From Puniceicoccaceae bacterium (GTDB lineage Bacteria; Verrucomicrobiota; Verrucomicrobiia; Opitutales; Oceanipulchritudinaceae): 64,000 bases of DNA. The notes under the pieces are model-generated. The model was not told the DNA's origin and ran no database searches. It saw only the letters and a list, made by a program, of their open reading frames with translations. Position 1 is the first letter of the stretch. Each line of letters opens with the position of its first letter. The position numbers and the translations under genes are program-made. Positions 56,549 to 64,000 of this stretch are shown piece after piece. The stretch is from assembly GCA_040830765.1 (NCBI GenBank), contig JBFOMH010000013.1, forward strand, positions 64,001-128,000, read 5' to 3'.

Positions 56549-57304
56549 TTAATCCGAAGGCAGTTCCTTGACCCGCATTCCGCGAAAGAGGATGGTCCCC
56601 TGCTTTCCGGAATGAGATTGGAGGGCGAAGAATCCTGAAGGGAACTCATCGAGTATCACCTTTCCGGCAGGAATGCCGTTGATCCAGGTCATCAGCAAAT
56701 CGCCCCTGGCATAAATCGTGACCCGGTTCCAATTATCATAATCCACGGCCTCGCGAACAGCCTTGTGCGCATCCAGCCAGAGGGGATACCAGTAGCCCCC
56801 ACAGCTCTGGCCGTAAATGCCGCCCGACCAGCCGCGGATGCGGGATTCCTCCTCCATCTCAAATTGAGGACCGTAGACCACCTCCTTGCCATCCTCCGTG
56901 CGGACGCCTGAACGAAACTGGATACCGGTATTGGCGTCGACAACATACTTCACTTCGCAGGTGAAGATAAAGTCGGTGTAATCGTCCTTCACAGTTGTCA
57001 GGTAAGTACTGGGGGAGCCGGGAACACAAATTGCCTGGATCCATTCCCCCTTGGCCTCAAACAAATGCTCGCCGCCGCGGACCACCCAACCGTCAAGGTT
57101 CCGGCCGTTGTACAATTCGACAAAGCCGGTTTCCAGATCAGCCGGTTCAGGCGCCGTGTTGAGGAGCATCTCCTCCGGATCCGGCGCATTCGCCTGTTTG
57201 CTGTACCTCGGATACCAGTCCTTCATCTGGTCCTCCGAAACCGTGTTTATCCCCCAACCGGTCAGCGCTCCCAGCAGGAACAAGGCAAGTGTCATGGTCT
57301 TCAT
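56549..57304 (-). CDS. DUF1080 (3-keto-disaccharide hydrolase-like) protein
   Basis: LYNGRNLDGW, NTGIQFRS, GGIYG, WN, FALQSH motifs. Confidence 0.88.
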   Translation of the reverse strand: MKTMTLALFLLGALTGWGINTVSEDQMKDWYPRYSKQANAPDPEEMLLNTAPEPADLETGFVELYNGRNLDGWVVRGGEHLFEAKGEWIQAICVPGSPSTYLTTVKDDYTDFIFTCEVKYVVDANTGIQFRSGVRTEDGKEVVYGPQFEMEEESRIRGWSGGIYGQSCGGYWYPLWLDAHKAVREAVDYDNWNRVTIYARGDLLMTWINGIPAGKVILDEFPSGFFALQSHSGKQGTILFRGMRVKELPSD

Positions 57305-57649
57305 GGAACCAACGATTACGACTTCCTCGGCAAATGGCAAGGGGTCAACCCTTGGAATTTGGCCTTCCGGTCGAACCCAGAAAGGAGAAGGACTCGTCCG
57401 CGATATCCAGTGATGCCTTGGGTGCGTTGTGCGGCTTGCCGCTACGGCAGGGCTAGACGAAGCATGGGCCTGTTGCTGGTGCTATGCGTCGGGGTTAATC
57501 CGTATGGATTAGACGCGGATCCATTAAGTTGATGTATTAGCACTGCTATTCTGCGTAATTAGGATTGCTAAACCGGGACTTCGTCGTTTAATCAGGCATT
57601 CCCCGGATCAAATATAATGGCCATCAACGACAAAGGGAGAAGAACAAGG

Positions 57650-58933
57650 ATGCAAAAAGCGAAAGTGACAATTTGTGGACTGGCATGGGGAATCCTGCTT
57701 GGGGCAACGCCTGTCAATGCCAACTACCTGCAAGGGCTGGGCACTCTTGCCAATGCGCCAGTCCGATTCACTGAAGCAACGGCTATTTCGGCAGATGGCT
57801 CTGTGGTTGTGGGGAAGACCGTTCAAGCTGATGGGTCGGAATTCGGGAGCGAAATTGCCTACTGGTGGAAGAACGGCGTGGGCATGCACAGCCTCGGTGA
57901 AATTCCCCAGGATCTAAAAACATTTAACGCCACCGCGGTTTCGGGAGATGGCACAATCGTTGCCGGAATCAGCGTTACCGGAGACGTCTTTTTAGCGCGG
58001 GTGGATGTGAACGGGATGGTAACCGACGGAAATTCCGTCACCGGGATGCGCTTTGCCGGGGCCATATCTGCAGATGGAAAAACAATTGTTGGCGCCAGCG
58101 GATCATTTCCCACGACAGCGGAAACGCGCATCATTCGCAACCTCGATGCGGCAAATCCACTAACCGCGGTACCGATTGTCGTAGAGGAATTAAATGACCA
58201 GAATGAATTGGTTAATGTGAATGTCCAAGGCGTTGCAACAGCCACCAACAGTGACGGCTCAGTTATTGTTGGATACCGGGGTAGCGAGGCCTTCCGTATT
58301 GAGAACAATACTGAGGTGACGATTGAGAAGGACTCCACAGACCAAGGCCTTGGCCCTGTCGGGGTCAGTGACGACGGATTGATTGTTGCCGGGACGCGGT
58401 CAACGTCGGAATTCCTGAGCATGCCTTTCGTGTGGAAGAAAGGTGAGCTCAATATACGGGAATTGTCCACCGGTGCATACACCCAGGTCGTTGCAAGGGG
58501 CCTTTCCGGTGATGGAAAAACCATTCTCGGCGAAGGTCGGGATGCCTTTTCCCGGAAACGCGCCCTGCTGTGGCTGGATGATGATGGGGACGGGAATTAC
58601 GCAGGTCCGGGAGAAGTCCTTTTCACTGGGACAAACACGTCAGGGAATTTCCAGATTCAAACAGTTGCCGGCCTGAGTGCCGATGGAAAATTCGCTGCCG
58701 GCTGGGGTACCGAATCCGGGGCCCGGGTTGCCTTCCGCATCGTTTTTGATGCCACAATATGGGCCCGTTACCTGGCCCATTCAGATGGAGTGAACGTAGA
58801 TACGGGCGATTTTCTTGGCTGGATAAACATCAGTTCCCCACCATGGGTTTATGTGTATAGCCTGGATAACTACGTCTATCTGCCGGAGGAATTTGTCCAG
58901 GACAGCGGCGCCTGGGTCTGGATCGGGCCCTGA
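57650..58933 (+). CDS. Secreted HAF-like repeat (beta-propeller) protein with Trp-rich C-terminal module
   Basis: Repeated A-x-S-x-D-G-x-x-[VI]-[VA]-G units; C-terminal VDTG-x-FLGWI...PPWVY; start 57617 or 57650. Confidence 0.82.
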   Translation: MQKAKVTICGLAWGILLGATPVNANYLQGLGTLANAPVRFTEATAISADGSVVVGKTVQADGSEFGSEIAYWWKNGVGMHSLGEIPQDLKTFNATAVSGDGTIVAGISVTGDVFLARVDVNGMVTDGNSVTGMRFAGAISADGKTIVGASGSFPTTAETRIIRNLDAANPLTAVPIVVEELNDQNELVNVNVQGVATATNSDGSVIVGYRGSEAFRIENNTEVTIEKDSTDQGLGPVGVSDDGLIVAGTRSTSEFLSMPFVWKKGELNIRELSTGAYTQVVARGLSGDGKTILGEGRDAFSRKRALLWLDDDGDGNYAGPGEVLFTGTNTSGNFQIQTVAGLSADGKFAAGWGTESGARVAFRIVFDATIWARYLAHSDGVNVDTGDFLGWINISSPPWVYVYSLDNYVYLPEEFVQDSGAWVWIGP

Positions 58934-58937
58934 GCCC

Positions 58938-59744
58938 CTACTCCACCAGGCGCATCGTCTGGAGGTTCTTTTCCCGGATCTCATCTGCCCGGGCAATGAG
59001 GTCGTCGAGGTCATGGGCCGAGGCGTGGATATAGCGCCCGGACAACTTGTCCGCCTTGCCCGAGGCCAGGGCGAGGCAAAGCTCGGCTGACTTCTCGATG
59101 GGCGTCCATTCCGCCTTGGCGACGAACTCATCCGGTATTTCGCGGGTCATCTCGGTCTTGACCAGTCCGGGGCTGATGGTGAAGACGGATATTCCCTGCT
59201 CATGGAGGGCCTCGGCCAGGTTATCCCCCAGCCGGATAAGGGCCGCCTTGCTGCAACCATAGGCCGATTTCATTGGGAAGGGCCAAAAGGCCATATTGCT
59301 TCCGACCATGATGATGCGGCCGGTCTTTCGCTTGATCATCCCAGGTATGACCGCCTTGGCACAAAGGTAAGGTCCGCGGAGGTTGACTTCAAAGGTCTGC
59401 CACCAATCTGCCGATTCAACCTCCCAGGGCATCCCGTCAGGACCTGACGTGCCCGCGTTGTTAACCAGCAGGTCGACATGTCCATAGGTGGACTCTATGG
59501 TCGCGAAGGTGGCCTTGATGGCAGCTTCGTCACTGACGTCGAGGGCCATGCTGCTGCACCGGCCGCCGGTTGCTCGAATTAACTGGCAAGTTTCCTCCAA
59601 CTGGGCGACTGTCCGCGCAGTCACGACCACGCGTGCCCCGGCAGCCGCCAGCTGACGGGCCACCTCTCGCCCAATTCCCCGGCCGCCGCCGGTAACCACG
59701 GCCACCTGGCCACTCAACAAGTTGTTACCCATGTTCTCAGTCAT
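58938..59744 (-). CDS. Short-chain dehydrogenase/reductase
   Basis: TGGGRGIG, NNAG, YGCSK, PGLVKT motifs. Confidence 0.94.
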   Translation of the reverse strand: MTENMGNNLLSGQVAVVTGGGRGIGREVARQLAAAGARVVVTARTVAQLEETCQLIRATGGRCSSMALDVSDEAAIKATFATIESTYGHVDLLVNNAGTSGPDGMPWEVESADWWQTFEVNLRGPYLCAKAVIPGMIKRKTGRIIMVGSNMAFWPFPMKSAYGCSKAALIRLGDNLAEALHEQGISVFTISPGLVKTEMTREIPDEFVAKAEWTPIEKSAELCLALASGKADKLSGRYIHASAHDLDDLIARADEIREKNLQTMRLVE

Positions 59745-59817
59745 GGCTGCAGTTTACAGGTTCTGGCACAAGGTACCAGCACTTTGCATGACGAATTGCT
59801 GTGACAGGAGAGGTCTC

Positions 59818-61179
59818 TTATTGACCAAGCCACATCCAACTGCCGGATTCGGTCACGAATTCCTCCGGCAGATAGGCATAGCTGCCCAGGGCATAGATAT
59901 AAACCCACGGTGGACTGCTGGTATCGATCCAGCCCAGGAATCCACCCGTATCGACACTAACACCATCCTGGGCAATATCCCAGATGCCGGCCCACTGATT
60001 GGAACCTTTCAAGGTTATCCCGCTGAAAACCTGTACCGGGGTGGTGACTTCATCCGGGGCACTAACGCCCAATTGGTCAAAGAAATTGGAGCCACAGGCC
60101 CAGACGGTCCCGTCATTCTTGAGGATGAGAGTGTAATAGGGACCCGCTTCCATCGCTGCGACATCGCTGAGTAACTGGAATGGGGTGGCCTTGTCATCGT
60201 TTGTGCCATCGCCTAATGCGCCCCAGATATTGCTGCCAACAGCCCACAAGGCGCCGTTACTTTTCAGGAAAAGGCTGTGCCCGAATCCCGCATCAATAGC
60301 GATAATGTCTGTCATCCCCGGCACGGGCTGGAGAGCACCGGAACTCGAAAACTCCCCATTGCCCAGCTGGCCGGTATTGTTGCGGCCGACTGCGCTGACC
60401 GTTCCATCATTCATGAGGAACAAACTGTGGTAACCGCCTGCGGAAATCGCTTTGACTCCTGTCTGGGTAATCGTCGCAATGGACCGGTCAGTGTTGGTTC
60501 CATCACCCAATTGGCCAAACGTATTGAAGCCTGCGGCCCAGGCATTGCCATCCTTGTCCAGGAAGAGCGCGTGTGCCTGCCCCACTGAAACCGTCTCGAT
60601 ATTACTGATCCCCTGAACCTGGACCGGGCTGGACTTGTCCTCCGTCGTCCCGTCTCCCAGCTGGCCGGTGCTGTTGCCTCCTGTGGCCCAGACAGTCCCG
60701 TCCTCCATGATAAAATAGCTGCTGGCATCGTAGGCGGCAATGGCCTTGACCCCGGTCAGTCCGGACACTGGAACGGGCGTGATGCGAAATTCCAGCGTCC
60801 CGTCGCCGAGTTGGCCACTAAAGTTGTCACCGGTCCCAACAACTGTCTTGTCATCCTTCAGGAAGAGGCTGTAGGCATTTCCGGAAGCAACCATGGTGAT
60901 TCCACTGAGGTGGTCCAATTTGGTATACACGGAGGCTGGTGTCTGGGACCCGTTGCCAAACTCATAATTGGTGTTGGAACCGGTTCCCCAGACCGACCCG
61001 TCATCCTTGAGAATAAGGCTGGTAAAGTATCCAGTAGAAAAATACACCCCGTTGGGGACTTTCCCAATGGCCGCTTCCGCAAGCGGGCCACTGGCAAGAA
61101 AAGGAAGCAGCAGGCAGGTAAACGTAAACGCTCGTTTCAAGCGGGTCGTGGAGAACATTATATGAACCTTGGTTGGCAA
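59818..61179 (-). CDS. Secreted RCC1/BLIP-II repeat protein with Trp-rich C-terminal module
   Basis: Seven DG-x-VW-x-x-G-x-N-x-x-GQLG-type repeats; C-terminal VDTGGFLGWI...PPWVY. Confidence 0.9.
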   Translation of the reverse strand: MPTKVHIMFSTTRLKRAFTFTCLLLPFLASGPLAEAAIGKVPNGVYFSTGYFTSLILKDDGSVWGTGSNTNYEFGNGSQTPASVYTKLDHLSGITMVASGNAYSLFLKDDKTVVGTGDNFSGQLGDGTLEFRITPVPVSGLTGVKAIAAYDASSYFIMEDGTVWATGGNSTGQLGDGTTEDKSSPVQVQGISNIETVSVGQAHALFLDKDGNAWAAGFNTFGQLGDGTNTDRSIATITQTGVKAISAGGYHSLFLMNDGTVSAVGRNNTGQLGNGEFSSSGALQPVPGMTDIIAIDAGFGHSLFLKSNGALWAVGSNIWGALGDGTNDDKATPFQLLSDVAAMEAGPYYTLILKNDGTVWACGSNFFDQLGVSAPDEVTTPVQVFSGITLKGSNQWAGIWDIAQDGVSVDTGGFLGWIDTSSPPWVYIYALGSYAYLPEEFVTESGSWMWLGQ

Positions 61180-61375
61180 TTAGAGAATGAGAGAGTTTGT
61201 GCCATGAAGGCAACGAAGCTGGCGCAACTCAGCCCATTGAATGGTCAAAGGTCAATTCTTATGTGGAAGCTGGCCAAGCCATGACGGAAGCTTCCCGGAC
61301 AAAGCATTGACCTCCCGGCCCCTGGGGGATAATAATCGTCCTTCAACAATTAATTTCTCAAAGGAGACACTTGTC

Positions 61376-62050
61376 ATGAAAAACCTGCCATTAGCCCTTT
61401 TGATTACCGCCACTGTCCTCTCCGGATGCGGCAAGAAGGATGAAACACCCTCCACCGTTGCGGCTTCCGCTCCGGAAGCACCCGTTGTCGAAGAGGTTCC
61501 CCAGGAACCTGTAGCCGAAGAGGCCGCACCGGCAACTGAATCTGCCTCCTCGCTGGTTTCATCGCTGACCGCACAGGTAGAGGAAACGGTTAAGGCGGCC
61601 ATGCCGGAGGCCGAGGAGACTGCCACCGCAGCCGCTCCGGAAGTGGAAGAGACTGTTGCCGCCGCGATGCCGGAAGTTGAAGAGTCCGCCACCTCCGTCA
61701 TGCCGGATATCAAGGAAGCCGCCATGGCGGCAGCCAGCTCGGTCGACTGGGCCAACCTTTCCTGGAATGATGTCTCGGCCATTCCCTATGATGACAAGGA
61801 AAAGCTCCTCGCATGGGCAGCCCCCCAAATCGACTCCCTGAAGGATCAACTTTCGAAAGCCGTCATGGACAAGGGACTGACCGGCCTGGCCAGCCTCGGC
61901 GACAGTGGCTGGCAGGGGGCGGTCAAGACAGCCGTCGAGGCTCTCGATACCGTGCGCAACTCCTCCCCGGAAACCTGGGAACTGGCCCGCGGTGCCCTGG
62001 TCAGCGCCTGGCAGACCCTGGAAACCGAAGCGCGGAAGTATCTTGAATAG
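61376..62050 (+). CDS. Ala/Glu-rich lipoprotein with 11-aa repeats
   Basis: AAGGAG RBS at 61361; lipobox LSGC; repeats VEETVKAAMPE etc. Confidence 0.8.
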   Translation: MKNLPLALLITATVLSGCGKKDETPSTVAASAPEAPVVEEVPQEPVAEEAAPATESASSLVSSLTAQVEETVKAAMPEAEETATAAAPEVEETVAAAMPEVEESATSVMPDIKEAAMAAASSVDWANLSWNDVSAIPYDDKEKLLAWAAPQIDSLKDQLSKAVMDKGLTGLASLGDSGWQGAVKTAVEALDTVRNSSPETWELARGALVSAWQTLETEARKYLE

Positions 62051-62527
62051 ATGACCCGGCATTTGCTTTCCAAATCCTCCAGCCGTCAGTCCTGTAGGTT
62101 GCGGATTTCCATCCTCACGGGGATTGGACTGATCGCCCTGCTCCTATCCGGGGGCTGCTCAACCAGTTCCACCGTGGTCACCGGTGATACGCGCGAGCCG
62201 ACCGATCCATCATCGGTGCAGATTTACCGCGAGGTGCCGCCCGTTTTTGAGGAAATCGGCCTGGTTCAAGCAACCAGCAAGGGGGCGATGGCATTTTCAG
62301 AGCAGGAGAAATCGGATGTCGCCATCGAGCGATTGAAGGAAGCCGCTGCCGAGCTTGGAGCGAATGGGATAATCCTTGAAAGCATGACGGATGAATACGG
62401 AGGCAGTTTCTCCCTCGGTTTTGGTACCGGAAGCTACTCCGGAAGCGGGGGGGCATCCGTGGGGGTCGGCAGCTCCACCGCAACCTCATTCAAGATGGCC
62501 AGTGGCGTTGCCATCTGGGTCCCCTGA
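62051..62527 (+). CDS. Lipoprotein, YbjQ/heavy-metal-binding-like fold
   Basis: Lipobox SGGC; FEEIGLV, LKEAAAELGANGII motifs. Confidence 0.7.
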   Translation: MTRHLLSKSSSRQSCRLRISILTGIGLIALLLSGGCSTSSTVVTGDTREPTDPSSVQIYREVPPVFEEIGLVQATSKGAMAFSEQEKSDVAIERLKEAAAELGANGIILESMTDEYGGSFSLGFGTGSYSGSGGASVGVGSSTATSFKMASGVAIWVP

Positions 62528-62532
62528 GTCGA

Positions 62533-64000
62533 TTACTCCAACTCCACCGTCAACCGGAAGTAACGGGAATCATCTTCACCCGCAAGGACCAGTTCCTCGA
62601 CACGGTAGGTGATGCCATCCACTGTCTCGGTCTGGCTGCTGGAAGGGCTCTTGCCGGCATACGGACCCTCTGGTGTAGCGGCTCCCTGAATACCAATTCC
62701 GGCCTCAAGGGCAGCCTCGTTGTAAGGATAGCGGAAGGTAAAGGTGACCGGCCCATCGACAGAGAAGTCGACAATCTCGAATCCGGGGTCGGCATCGGGG
62801 CTGGCCAGATCTGTCCCAATGGCCCATTCCAGAAGATTAGGCAAACGGTCGCCATCGGCATCCTGCCCGGCGAAGGGAATTAAGTCGGAACCCGGCAAAA
62901 TGCTCTCTCCAGTTGCCCCTTCAAGGGCCTTGCGGAAGTTTTCCGTTCGTTCGTAGGCAACAACGACCGCCACATCACCATAGGCGAGGACATACTCGAA
63001 ACCCTCAGCAGGCACTGGCAGGGAAACCTCGCTGAAGGTGCCACTGACCGCGCTGCCACTGAGAATTGTCCAAACATTGCCCGGAACGGGGTTGAATCCA
63101 TTCTCGAGGGAGACAACCAAAGTTCCATCAAGGCTGAGGGTTCCCGAGGTGGAAAGCCGATCCGAGGCATTTCCGGCACCGAGCTCGATCTCGAGAGTGG
63201 CAGTCGAGGAAAGTTCAGCCTTGCCCGTGACAGCCAAGGTCCCGATGGATTGGCCCGGCTGGGTTGGCCCGCTGAATACAACGGTAGTTGCCCGAATCGT
63301 ACCCCCGCCACGGAGCGTGGAGCTGTCGCCAAAGATCAGGCTGCTCCCGCCTCTCAAGGTGGTCCCCTCAAGGACCTCGATGGTCCCGCTCAGGGTTAAT
63401 CCAGAATAGGGAGCACGAAGCGTCCCGGTCTCGACCCTGAGGGTGCCACCGCCACTGTAGTCCCGCGCCACAAGGAGAGACTCACCCGTGCCGCCGGTCT
63501 TGGTAATGGACCCGTTATTGATGATCGTAAGGTAAGAGAAATTGTTGATGGGGCCATTGTTGTTGATGTCACCATCATCACTGAACTCGAGGCTGCCATC
63601 GACACGCAGGGTGGCGGTTCCGTTGTTCACCAGCGCGGAACCGGCTTCGTCAAAGACGATCGTGCCCCCTGTGTTGATGTGCAGTTCGGACGTTCCCTCC
63701 AGGTTTGTCTGGGTACCTCCCTTGACCGCAAGCTCAGCCCCGTTTGTCACCTGGACAAGGACGGCATCTCCTAGTTTTCCGGACTCGAATTCGAGGGAGT
63801 TCCCGCTGAGCTTGACCGTTCCCTCACCTCCGATGAAGCCGCTGCTGGCAAGGGTAAAATTATTGACGGGTACAGTTACTCCGTCCGGCACAGACATTTT
63901 CGCTGCCAGACGCGTTTCCCCATCTCCGATAATTGTCGATCCGTCCTCGAAGACAATTTCCCGGGACATCAAGCGGATGATTCCGGGTGTTTCCGTCCGG
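62533..64000 (-). CDS. Autotransporter-passenger-like beta-helix protein with C-terminal FxR module (5' end probably beyond the window)
   Basis: G/T/L-rich beta-strand repeats, PGQSIGTLAVTG, DRL...GTL; ends DADGDRLPNLLEW...YFRLTVELE; frame is open to the window edge. Confidence 0.78.
   Translation of the reverse strand, partial: RTETPGIIRLMSREIVFEDGSTIIGDGETRLAAKMSVPDGVTVPVNNFTLASSGFIGGEGTVKLSGNSLEFESGKLGDAVLVQVTNGAELAVKGGTQTNLEGTSELHINTGGTIVFDEAGSALVNNGTATLRVDGSLEFSDDGDINNNGPINNFSYLTIINNGSITKTGGTGESLLVARDYSGGGTLRVETGTLRAPYSGLTLSGTIEVLEGTTLRGGSSLIFGDSSTLRGGGTIRATTVVFSGPTQPGQSIGTLAVTGKAELSSTATLEIELGAGNASDRLSTSGTLSLDGTLVVSLENGFNPVPGNVWTILSGSAVSGTFSEVSLPVPAEGFEYVLAYGDVAVVVAYERTENFRKALEGATGESILPGSDLIPFAGQDADGDRLPNLLEWAIGTDLASPDADPGFEIVDFSVDGPVTFTFRYPYNEAALEAGIGIQGAATPEGPYAGKSPSSSQTETVDGITYRVEELVLAGEDDSRYFRLTVELE

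Noticed and set aside
57340..57616. Possible riboswitch or ncRNA in the divergent intergenic region
   Set aside because: Contains small hairpins (e.g. TAATCC-GTAT-GGATTA), but I recognise no riboswitch consensus; an Rfam scan would be needed.

Overview
64 kb of GC-rich bacterial chromosome. It is most likely from a Verrucomicrobiota/Opitutales-type organism; this is inferred from the PEP-CTERM proteins, sulfatases, Tat-exported Gfo/Idh/MocA proteins and aromatic C-terminal domains. Left to right: a TRAP transporter/sulfatase/oxidoreductase sugar-catabolism cluster; tRNA-Val(GAC); housekeeping genes (recN, lipB, lipA, amt); a REP-associated tyrosine transposase (RAYT) bracketed by identical REP doublets; an sxtK/I/J-like carbamoyltransferase trio; two paralogous PEP-CTERM genes; a two-component system; many secreted proteins. 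Best leads: (1) a 292-nt internally deleted group IIC intron directly behind a PEP-CTERM terminator; (2) a Trp/Tyr-rich 'GW-x5-6-PWV[YF]' module shared by five unrelated secreted proteins, a candidate surface-anchoring or sorting system; (3) a 1105-aa secreted protein with two putative pore-forming beta-hairpin segments, divergent from a two-component system, with tandem 7-2-7 boxes between them; (4) the RAYT/REPIN system with variant REP copies. All functional calls come from visual motif recognition; no searches were run.
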